Origin: an uncultured Elusimicrobiaceae bacterium
Lineage (GTDB): Bacteria > Elusimicrobiota > Elusimicrobia > Elusimicrobiales > UBA9959
DNA: 64,000 bases
Assembly (NCBI GenBank): GCA_964587805.1
Contig: CAZPMW010000001.1
Span: forward strand, 4,969-68,968
Direction of reading: 5' to 3'
Shown here: positions 55,387 to 63,164 of the stretch, piece by piece
Layout of the letters: each line of letters begins with the position of its first letter
Numbering within the stretch: the first letter of the stretch is position 1
Notes under the pieces: model-generated
Told to the model about the DNA's origin: nothing
The model's database searches: none
The model's input: only the letters and a program-made list of their open reading frames with translations
Program-made: the position numbers and the translations under genes

Positions 55387-56643
55387 TCAGGGAGTTAAAA
55401 AGAAGAACGAGGGGAAGTAAGTGACCAGCGCAAGGACGCCCAGCAAAATGAACCAGAAGGGCATGGTCGCCGCGTAGAGCTCAGGCAGTTTTTTATCGAA
55501 CCTGGAGCTTGAGAGGAAAAGATTCAGGCCAAGCGGCGGCGTCATATAGCCTATCTCAAGGTTCAGCAGGAAAATGACGCCCAGATGGATGGGGTCTATG
55601 CCGTAGTTCATGGCTACCGGCACTATTATCGGAACAACGATGATAATCGCCGAGAAGATCTCAACCATGTTGATGACCAGCAGGAAGGCGTTCAATATCA
55701 GCAGGAACAGGATCTTACTGGAAACGAAAGAATGCAGCCAGGCGAAAATGCGGTCCGGTATCTGCGCGTCTATCAGGTAGTTGGTCAGGCCGAGCGCCGT
55801 TCCAAGCACTACGAAAATAGCGCCGACCAGCATCATGCTCTTTACCGCTATCCCCGGTATATCTCTGAACAGGCTTAGCTCCCTGTAAATAAACACTTCC
55901 GTTATCAGCACGTAGAAAGCCATGATGCAGGCGGCCTCGCTGGCCGTGAAAAAGCCGGCGTAGATGCCTCCGATTATTATGAAGGGCAGCGGGATCTCCC
56001 AGGCGTTTTCCCTGCACGCGCCTTTCAGCTCGTCCCAGGAGAAAGGCTGTTTTTTTATTCCGGCCCTCTTCGCTGTTATAAGCGCGTAAACCGACAGGAC
56101 GGCAAGCAGGAAAACGCCCGGCAGCAGGGCGGCCTTGAAGAGCACGTCTATGCTTATCTTGGCTATTAAGCCGTAAAGTATTATAGGCAGACTGGGTGGA
56201 AACAGAAGCCCGAGGCTTCCGGTGGTGGTCAGCAGGCCGAGCGTGAATTTCTCCGGGTAGCCCTGCTTGGTAAGCATCGGGTAGAGCAGTCCGCCCAGAG
56301 CTATTATCGTCACGCCTGAGGCGCCGGTGAAAGCCGTGAACAGAGCGGTCGCGCAAAGCGCCGCGATGGCCATGCCGCCTGGCAGCCAGCCGAACAGGGC
56401 TGAGCCAAGCTTCAGCATGCGTTTCGGCGAGCCGCTTTCGGCCAGCACGTAGCCGGCGAAAGTGAAGAGGGGTATGGCTATCAGCGCCGGGAGGCTGGCG
56501 AGGCGCAGCATCTCCACGATCACTGCCGAAGAATCTATCTGGTCCGCGCCGAATAGATAGAGCGCGCCGGCGCCGATAAGCGAAAAGACCGGCGCTCCCA
56601 GAAAAGCCAGTGCGAAAATAATTATTGCTATGAAAATGCCCAT
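55387..56643 (-). CDS. dctM: TRAP transporter large permease
   Basis: 418 aa, about 12 TM helices, typical DctM pattern. Follows dctQ. Confidence 0.9.
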   Translation of the reverse strand: MGIFIAIIIFALAFLGAPVFSLIGAGALYLFGADQIDSSAVIVEMLRLASLPALIAIPLFTFAGYVLAESGSPKRMLKLGSALFGWLPGGMAIAALCATALFTAFTGASGVTIIALGGLLYPMLTKQGYPEKFTLGLLTTTGSLGLLFPPSLPIILYGLIAKISIDVLFKAALLPGVFLLAVLSVYALITAKRAGIKKQPFSWDELKGACRENAWEIPLPFIIIGGIYAGFFTASEAACIMAFYVLITEVFIYRELSLFRDIPGIAVKSMMLVGAIFVVLGTALGLTNYLIDAQIPDRIFAWLHSFVSSKILFLLILNAFLLVINMVEIFSAIIIVVPIIVPVAMNYGIDPIHLGVIFLLNLEIGYMTPPLGLNLFLSSSRFDKKLPELYAATMPFWFILLGVLALVTYFPSFFFLTP

Positions 56644-56667
56644 ACGTCTTCAGCTGCGGCTGAAAAT

Positions 56668-57180
56668 CTACAGTTTCGGGTCTATGTCTTCCGGCGCAGC
56701 CTCTTTCTGTCTGAAGATGTTCAGCAGCGCGTGGAAGCCGATCAAAAGAAAAACCAGCGGAAGTATCATCCCGGCCCAGCCGCCCTTGACGCCCAGGCCC
56801 CCTATGTAAAAAGCCACGGAGCCGGAGACGAACTCATCTCGGATGAATTTCCATGCCGCGCCGAACAGCGCGCCGGCTACAGCGACCGTAAAAAGATCTA
56901 TGAAGACGGCGAGCGGCCGGTGCATCGGTTCCGGCATGAATTTAACCAGAGCGTCCAAGGCGAAGTGCCGTGAATATCTTGAGGCGAGCGCGGCGCCGGT
57001 GAGGCCGGTCCAGAGCACCATGTGCCTGAGCGCGGGGTCCAGCCAGACTATGCCGGAATGGAAAGCCAGGCGCAGCGTGAGCTGCAGGAAGGAGAACGCT
57101 ATCATCAGCGCTATGAAAACGGCGACCAGCGCCTTTTCCGCGGAAACTACATAATCTTCTAGTCTCAATAAAAATTTCAT
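56668..57180 (-). CDS. dctQ: TRAP transporter small permease
   Basis: 170 aa, 4 TM helices. Lies immediately upstream of dctM on the same strand. Confidence 0.8.
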   Translation of the reverse strand: MKFLLRLEDYVVSAEKALVAVFIALMIAFSFLQLTLRLAFHSGIVWLDPALRHMVLWTGLTGAALASRYSRHFALDALVKFMPEPMHRPLAVFIDLFTVAVAGALFGAAWKFIRDEFVSGSVAFYIGGLGVKGGWAGMILPLVFLLIGFHALLNIFRQKEAAPEDIDPKL

Positions 57181-57270
57181 TAAGCCCTTGCTGATATCAT
57201 GTAAGCGTCTCAGGCTATCGAATCGCTTAGCGATCTCCGACGGAGCAAAGCCCCGGCCGTCCGCGCCGGG

Positions 57271-58410
57271 TCAATTCCAGGAGACGTCCGCAGGGAGGTC
57301 CTGCCCGCCTGCGTTCTTCACGGCCGGATCAAGCGGCTGATACTGCATGTCAGAGGGTTTGTCTGCCGCGATCGCAGCGTCGGCATTCTGCCCGCCGGTA
57401 ATAACGCGCAGCATTTTGGGGAGCGCGTCGTTAAGGGCGAGGTTCCAGCAGCCGAAATTATGGCCGCCATCACAGCCGGTGTCCCCGCCGGGCCGGCCGT
57501 ACATCCAGAAGAAAACGGGGATGTTCGCCGCATTAAGAGCTTTGTACAGCCTATACGTCGAATTGCCCATGGTTCGCTCTAAAATATCGCCATCGTTGAT
57601 CCCGGCGCCTGCGTACATGGCCAACTGCACGGGGCGCAGGCTTTCCACATTCTTAAGCGGGTTATGCGTTTTCCAGGTGTCGCTGCTAATGGGCCCGAAC
57701 GCGCCATTTCTGGAGAATCCGCTTACAATCGACTGTTCGGCTATGGTCAGCTGCGTCGCGGCGTCCTGCAAGTTCAGCGCTCCGGAGAAGCTCGCCGCAT
57801 AAGCAAAAAGATCCGGTCTTCGGAAGGCATAGTGGAAAGCGCCGTAGCCTCCCATGGAAAGCCCGGCGACAGCGCGCCCGGTTTTGTCCGGATTTGTCCG
57901 CAGATTGGCGTCAATCCAGGGAATGAGCTGAGTGAGGTGAAAGGTCTCCCAGTGCTGGGCTCCGGCGCTTTCGTCTACCCAGTCCGTGAACCATCCGACC
58001 TTGCCGCAGTCGGGCATGACCGTGATCAGGTCCTTCCCGCTGGTGCTCGTCTCTGCGGTCCCGCCCCCGGTGGTCCACTGTGAGGCGCTGCCTCCGGCTC
58101 CGCCGTGCAGCAGATAAAGGACCGGGAAGCGCTTGCCGTTACCGGAATCAGAAAAGTAATTGTCAGGCAGGGTTATAAAGACCTGATTTATGCCGCCGTT
58201 AACGGCCCGCTTCGAGATAAGAGGAGTTTCTATATCAATAATGATAGTGCGGCTGCTGCCCTCCAGCCAGGCAGATTTAATAACTTTGATCCCGCTTCCG
58301 GAAGTGAAGCTCGGCGCTTCATTAGCCAGTGCAGGCAGTGAGAATGCCGTAAAAAGCGTGACCATCCCCATTATGGAGAGAGCTATGCCGGATGACGTTT
58401 GTCTTGCCAA
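57271..58410 (-). CDS. Secreted alpha/beta-hydrolase of the putative-esterase / antigen-85 / esterase-D family (paralog 1)
   Basis: Signal peptide ...LFTAFSLPALA/NE. FPVLYLLHGG, WETFHLTQLIPWI, the nucleophile elbow GLSMGGYGA and GGHNFGCW are present. A TTG start at 58410 is preferred because aaggaga lies 6 nt upstream. The track's GTG at 58428 (MKRRITL...) is the alternative. Confidence 0.75.
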   Translation of the reverse strand: MARQTSSGIALSIMGMVTLFTAFSLPALANEAPSFTSGSGIKVIKSAWLEGSSRTIIIDIETPLISKRAVNGGINQVFITLPDNYFSDSGNGKRFPVLYLLHGGAGGSASQWTTGGGTAETSTSGKDLITVMPDCGKVGWFTDWVDESAGAQHWETFHLTQLIPWIDANLRTNPDKTGRAVAGLSMGGYGAFHYAFRRPDLFAYAASFSGALNLQDAATQLTIAEQSIVSGFSRNGAFGPISSDTWKTHNPLKNVESLRPVQLAMYAGAGINDGDILERTMGNSTYRLYKALNAANIPVFFWMYGRPGGDTGCDGGHNFGCWNLALNDALPKMLRVITGGQNADAAIAADKPSDMQYQPLDPAVKNAGGQDLPADVSWN

Positions 58411-58599
58411 GGTGATTCTCCTTTTCACTGTGATTTATAGGTTTAGTATAGCACACCATGACTGTTATTTCATAATAGGGAACAGAAAAGGGCTGGCGGC
58501 AATGCGCAAAGCAAATAGAAGGCAGGCGCCGCTATGCGGATTTACGCAATTAGAGCGCTAATCTTAAATATAAAGTCAGGCAGCCGCCGGCTTGTTGGA

Positions 58600-58884
58600 T
58601 TACGGCCGTTGTTCCGTCAGTTGCCGCTTGGAGGGGGCCTCTTTTCCAGGCTGGAATCTGCAATCGGCAAAAGTCCCGGATTCGCCCTGAAACACGGCTA
58701 TGCCACCGAAGCTCAGGCATCGGTCTATGGATTTACCTTCATCACTGCGCCGGAACCGCTGCTCGCAGCTCGTCTCTTCCCCGGACGTAGTCGCACACGC
58801 CCAAAATAGGCCAAGCGATCCGAGGATCACGGCAAGCCTCAGAGCCTGGAATAAAACCGTATTGTTCTCAGATGGATATCGCAT
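58600..58884 (-). CDS. Possible small secreted 4-Cys protein (hypothetical; weak call)
   Basis: 94-aa ORF with a hydrophobic N-terminal segment (LRLAVILGSLGLFWAC). Hand-counted GC3 is about 61%. No clear SD. The start region shares cataatcgcgc with the esterase-2 start region, so it may be a duplication relic rather than a gene. Confidence 0.3.
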   Translation of the reverse strand: MRYPSENNTVLFQALRLAVILGSLGLFWACATTSGEETSCEQRFRRSDEGKSIDRCLSFGGIAVFQGESGTFADCRFQPGKEAPSKRQLTEQRP

Positions 58885-59193
58885 AATCGCGCCTGGTGTA
58901 TATTTTAACGGTATCAGGTCAAGGAACCATCAAGATAGGCTCAGGATTCGCTCAACTCTACGGCGCGGTCCGGCCGGGAAGATTAATACGCGGAGAAATC
59001 CCCTGGTGAACAAAAGCTGCAGGCCCGCTGGAAGCTGCGAAAGTCCAGAACCGGACCGGGTCAACATGCCCACTAAAGGCAGGGCCCTTTAGCCCTTGAG
59101 GATGATCCAAATAAGCATTACTATAAGCTATAGGGAATGGTCCGTGGTTGGCGATTTATGCGGTCTGTCCGAGGACAATTAAGGAGGGATAGT

Positions 59194-59829
59194 ATGAGAC
59201 AAATAATTATCTTATTGGCAATGCTGACTCTGACGGGAAGCGCCTATGCGGGTCCCGCTGCCGGACAGCTCGGGGCAGCGGTTGGATCGGACGCGGTGAG
59301 CGCCGACGTGCAGGCTCCACCGGCGCCTGTGGATACAAAGAATATAGGCTGCGTTGAGAACCCGATGATGCCGGGCTGTCCTAAGTTCTGTCACACAATA
59401 GGCTGGGGGCATCCCAGCTGCCCGCCGCCTCTTTATTGCGGCACTAATCCGAACGGCTATGGCTGTAAGAAGAGTGTGGGCGGAGAAAGCGCGGAAGCTG
59501 ACGCCGTACTCTTTGACCCGGGCCTTGCCAAGGCGAACTGCGTCTCAAACCCGGCCGCGCCAGGTTGTCCCTTGTTCTGCAAGGATCATCACGCCTACCC
59601 CGGCTGTCCGATGTATTGCCAGCTGAATCCGCTCTCCCCGGCCTGCGGCCACATACCGGCCTACTGCGGCACTAATCCGAACGGCTATGGCTGTCCGAAG
59701 TCGATCGATAAGGCGGCGGCAGGCGAAGCTGACGAAGCCGGCGATATGAAGAAGGTGACCCCTGGCTATCCTAAACCCCCTCATCCGCAGTACTGCAAGG
59801 ATCACCACGGCCTACCAAGCTGCCGCTGA
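59194..59829 (+). CDS. Secreted 16-Cys, His-containing internally repeated protein (novel; no family recognised)
   Basis: Strong SD (aaggaggg, 59181-59188) before the ATG at 59194. Signal peptide MRQIIILLAMLTLTGSAYA. Repeated modules are C-V-(E/S)-NP-x2-PGCP-x-FC and YCGTNPNGYGC(K/P)KS. A 30-nt exact repeat occurs at 59437-59466 and 59665-59694. The gene has its own terminator. Confidence 0.75.
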   Translation: MRQIIILLAMLTLTGSAYAGPAAGQLGAAVGSDAVSADVQAPPAPVDTKNIGCVENPMMPGCPKFCHTIGWGHPSCPPPLYCGTNPNGYGCKKSVGGESAEADAVLFDPGLAKANCVSNPAAPGCPLFCKDHHAYPGCPMYCQLNPLSPACGHIPAYCGTNPNGYGCPKSIDKAAAGEADEAGDMKKVTPGYPKPPHPQYCKDHHGLPSCR

Positions 59830-59851
59830 TATAAGGCGCGGCAGATAAGAG

Positions 59852-59889
59852 CCGACGGCGGGGCTTAAAAACCCCGCCGTCGGTTTTTG
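59852..59889 (+). terminator. Rho-independent terminator
   Basis: ccgacggcgggg-cttaaaaa-ccccgccgtcgg forms a 12-bp perfect stem and is followed by tttttg. Confidence 0.85.
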
Positions 59890-60001
59890 TGCGCCCGGCA
59901 TAAGCGCAAGCGCCGGAGGTGAAGAGCCTACAGGCTGCAGAAAGCCAAAGCGAAACGCGGGGGCTATTCCGCGGTGTATGCCTTGATGAGTTTGTGGGGT
60001 A

Positions 60002-61189
60002 TCAGCGTGGGACCAGTTTCAGCCTGGGGCTTTTCCCGGGCCCTTGGCTGGGCTGGTTAAGACCGACGCCCGGCTTAGCGAGGGCGTCCTGCCGCGGAGC
60101 GGCCTGGTCTAACTGGGAGACGCTGTTGAGCACCAGGGCCCCGGTCCCGGAGGCAAGCTGCGCCATCATTTTCGGGAGCATATCTTTTAAAGCAAAATTC
60201 CAGCAGCCGAAGTTGTGCCCTCCATTGCAGCCGGTGTTCCCACCGGGCCGGCCGTACATCCAGAACGTGTTCTTGATGCTCTTCTTGTCGAGCGCCAGAT
60301 GCAGGCGATAGGTGGAATAGCCCATGGTGCGTTCGATTATATCAAGATCGCTGGTCCCCGACCCGGCATACATGGCTATATGCAGGCCACGGAATTTTTC
60401 AATGTTCTTTAGCGGGTTGTGGGCCGCCCAGTTGCCGCTGGTAACCGGCCCGAAGGCTCCACAGCCCGGAAATCCGCTGGTGATGGATTGCTCGGCTATG
60501 ACAAGCTGGGTGGCTGGCTCCTGAAGATCAGCCGCGCCAGAGAAGCTGCCGATATAAGCGAACATATCGGGATGCCGGAAGGCGTAGTGCAGCGCGCCGT
60601 ATCCGCCCATGGAAAGGCCCGCGATGGCACGGCCGTTTTTATGCGGGTTTGTGCGCAGATTAGCGTCGATCCAGGGGATTAACTGTTTAATGTGGAATGT
60701 TTCCCATTTCTGGGCACCAGCCGATTCCTTAACCCAGTCGGTATGCCATCCGACTTTGCCGCCCTCCGGCATGACTACGATGAGGTCCATCGCCTTTGTG
60801 AGATCCACTACCTTGCCGCCTCCGGTTACCCATTGGCCGGCCCAGCCGTCCCCGCCGCCATGCAGCAGGTAAAGCACCGGGTAGCGCTTGGTCGGATTCG
60901 AGGCGTAATTGGCCGGAAGCGTGACCCAGACCTGATGCGCCCCTACCCTGATCGCTTTCTTGGATATAAGCGGAGTGGTGACGTTGACGGTGACCGTGCG
61001 GTTGCTGCCAGGGAACCATGCCGAGCTTAAAACAGTGATGCCGTTCCCGGATGAGAAATCAGGCGCGTCGGCGTATATCAACCCCGGCAGCGTAAAAAGA
61101 GACAGGGTCAGCGCCGCCTGAAGCAATGCTGCAGAAGAAATGCGCCACAAGCTGTCTGGAGCAAGCGTTCGTGTTGATAGTTGTTTCAT
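60002..61189 (-). CDS. Secreted alpha/beta-hydrolase of the putative-esterase / antigen-85 / esterase-D family (paralog 2)
   Basis: Signal peptide ...LTLSLFTLPGLIYA/DA. YPVLYLLHGG, WETFHIKQLIPWI, GLSMGGYGA and GGHNFGCW are present. 24/29 residues around the nucleophile are identical to paralog 1. Confidence 0.8.
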   Translation of the reverse strand: MKQLSTRTLAPDSLWRISSAALLQAALTLSLFTLPGLIYADAPDFSSGNGITVLSSAWFPGSNRTVTVNVTTPLISKKAIRVGAHQVWVTLPANYASNPTKRYPVLYLLHGGGDGWAGQWVTGGGKVVDLTKAMDLIVVMPEGGKVGWHTDWVKESAGAQKWETFHIKQLIPWIDANLRTNPHKNGRAIAGLSMGGYGALHYAFRHPDMFAYIGSFSGAADLQEPATQLVIAEQSITSGFPGCGAFGPVTSGNWAAHNPLKNIEKFRGLHIAMYAGSGTSDLDIIERTMGYSTYRLHLALDKKSIKNTFWMYGRPGGNTGCNGGHNFGCWNFALKDMLPKMMAQLASGTGALVLNSVSQLDQAAPRQDALAKPGVGLNQPSQGPGKSPRLKLVPR

Positions 61190-61229
61190 AATCGCGCATG
61201 CCCTTCAGAATTGCAGGCGCTATTCGCAT

Positions 61230-61258
61230 ATTATAATTGCCCCCGCTTGACTTGTCAA
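61230..61258 (-). promoter_or_regulatory. Perfect consensus sigma-70 promoter (TTGACA - 17 nt - TATAAT) for esterase paralog 2
   Basis: The minus strand reads ccTTGACAagtcaagcgggggcaatTATAATatgcg. The -35 is at 61258-61253 and the -10 at 61235-61230. The esterase ATG is at 61189. Confidence 0.7.
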
Positions 61259-61312
61259 GGCTCTTCCTGCCGCCTTGGATGAGGCCCCAACCCGGCGCTC
61301 AGGCGGGTCGCG

Positions 61313-62326
61313 CTACTTCTTGCGGAACTGTTTCAGCGCGGCCTCTATTTTGCCCAGCAACTCGGCCGTGTACAACTTTCCCACCAGGGAGCGCCTGGCT
61401 TCGGCGCCCATCTTCTCAAAGGTGTCCGTCACTCCGGCGCCGGCCGGTTCGGTGAAGGAGACTTTCTCTTTCTTAAGAGTGGTTATGGACTTCTCGTTGT
61501 CCTTGCGGCTGGTTGCGGTCAGGGCCTTAAAATGTTTATCGCCCAGGTCCAGCAGAGCCTTCTGGTCCTCTTGAGATATGGCGTCGAAGGCTTTTTTTGA
61601 GATGACCACGGCGCCGGAAGCCGTGGCGATGGGCAAAGCCATGGCGTATGTCATCTTGGTGTACCACTGCAGAGGAATAACGGTGGCCGGCGCGCAATAA
61701 ACTGCGTTTATCATGCCGGTCTGAAGCGAGGTCATGACATCGGTGATGGAAAGAGGGATGGGCTTTATCTTCATCGCCGCGAACGTGGCTTCGGCAATGG
61801 GATCGCCCTCCCATATCCACATTTTAACCTTCTGCAGGTCGGCCGGGCCGGTGACCGGCGTGTTGGCGAAGATATAGACATTCCCGACCTCGGTCCACCC
61901 GAGCAGTATATAGCCCCTGGCTTTGAATATCCCGCGGAAATCGGCGTCGAGCATCTTGTACACATAGTCGGTCTCGGCCGTGTTCTTAAAGAGGAACGGC
62001 GTGTCCAGTATGCGGGTCTCGGGGGCTATCTCTCCCAGACCGACGCCAGTGAACCCGGCCGCCTGCAGCTGGCCCAGGCGCATCTTCCTGGCCACGTCCT
62101 TCTCGTCCCCGCTCACGCCGCCGGCGTATATCTTGAACTTGACCCGGCCCTGGGTCTTAGCCGTGAGCTCTTCGTTGAACTGGCGCATCGTCTTCATCCA
62201 GGCCGTGCCCTCAGGCGCCAGCGTGGCGAATTTAACCACGGTCTGCGCGTGCAGGGCCGGGGACGCGAAGGCGCACATGATCACAGAACCGCAGAGACTC
62301 CCTGCTATCCGCTTAAAATAATTCAT
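61313..62326 (-). CDS. dctP: TRAP transporter substrate-binding protein (DctP family)
   Basis: Signal peptide, then VKFATLAPEGTAWMK...GRVKFKIYAGGVSGDE...LDTPFLF, typical of DctP-type SBPs. Confidence 0.85.
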   Translation of the reverse strand: MNYFKRIAGSLCGSVIMCAFASPALHAQTVVKFATLAPEGTAWMKTMRQFNEELTAKTQGRVKFKIYAGGVSGDEKDVARKMRLGQLQAAGFTGVGLGEIAPETRILDTPFLFKNTAETDYVYKMLDADFRGIFKARGYILLGWTEVGNVYIFANTPVTGPADLQKVKMWIWEGDPIAEATFAAMKIKPIPLSITDVMTSLQTGMINAVYCAPATVIPLQWYTKMTYAMALPIATASGAVVISKKAFDAISQEDQKALLDLGDKHFKALTATSRKDNEKSITTLKKEKVSFTEPAGAGVTDTFEKMGAEARRSLVGKLYTAELLGKIEAALKQFRKK

Positions 62327-63164
62327 CTTTTTTCTCCAGTAATTTTTTAGCTTTGACCTTCGCCACTTCGTTAGGCAAACGCGTCTCGTCGTCCTTCAGC
62401 TCCGCGGCGAGTATGGTGTTCAGCGCCTTCTCGAAATACTCCTGGTCCTGCGCGGCAACTGAGTACATCTTAGCGGCCATAAATGAATTGAGCAGAAAAT
62501 CCGCCCCGCTGCCCAGGAGCGCCTTGTCAAAATTTATTTTTGCTTTTTCTGGATCGCCGCCGAGTATCCTGGGCCTAATGGCATAGTAGGTTCCGAGCAT
62601 GGCGTAGGCCCCGTTATAATAATATTCAGGGGTAAGCGCGGCAACCTTTTCGGCCACCGGCATGATCCTGGGGAGTTCGGCGACAGCATTGGGGTCGTCA
62701 CGGTTAAGATTGACGTACGCTGCCTGGCAGAAAGTGTGCCAGAAGGCGGCGGGGGCGGAATTCTTATTCAGCGCGGCGGTGTTCACGGCTCCGTCCTGAA
62801 CGGCTTTGTCGAGTATAAGCGACCGCAGCGCGTAGGCCCCGCCCTTTTTATACAGCGCCGAAGCCCTGGCCTCGTTCTCATCCTCTATAAACATGAAGCC
62901 GTAACCGCAAAAGCCCATGGCGGCGTCCAGAAGCAAAGTCCGGTTCTTCGGATCGCTTTCAAGCAGTATCTCCATAAGTTTCAGGTTCGCCGGCAGAGCC
63001 TCCCTCGCGAACTGGGGGTCCTGTTCCCTGTATATGGCCGGCAATCCTTTATCCACAACGGTCGCAGTCGTCCGCACCGCCATTCGGTTCAGTGAACAGC
63101 CTGAGAGGGAAAGACAAAAAGTAAAAAAGGCAAGAAGGCAAAAAGTCCCGGTTCTATATTTCAT
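62313..63164 (-). CDS. tatT: TatT-like TPR lipoprotein (T-component of TPR-protein-associated TRAP transporters)
   Basis: Lipobox LSLSGC. The helical-repeat body (ALPANLKLMEILLESDPKN..., GAYAMLGTYYA...) resembles the TRAP T-component family. Overlaps dctP by 14 nt. Confidence 0.65.
   Translation of the reverse strand: MKYRTGTFCLLAFFTFCLSLSGCSLNRMAVRTTATVVDKGLPAIYREQDPQFAREALPANLKLMEILLESDPKNRTLLLDAAMGFCGYGFMFIEDENEARASALYKKGGAYALRSLILDKAVQDGAVNTAALNKNSAPAAFWHTFCQAAYVNLNRDDPNAVAELPRIMPVAEKVAALTPEYYYNGAYAMLGTYYAIRPRILGGDPEKAKINFDKALLGSGADFLLNSFMAAKMYSVAAQDQEYFEKALNTILAAELKDDETRLPNEVAKVKAKKLLEKKDELF

Noticed and set aside
58534-59092. Plus-strand ORFs 58534-58809 (91 aa) and 58700-59092 (130 aa) in the gap between esterase 1 and the Cys-rich gene.
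   Set aside because: They have no SD, mutually overlapping frames and Arg/Ser/Pro-rich low-complexity translations. The region looks like degraded or regulatory DNA left by the esterase duplication. Only the minus-strand 94-aa ORF with a hydrophobic N-terminus was kept, at low confidence.
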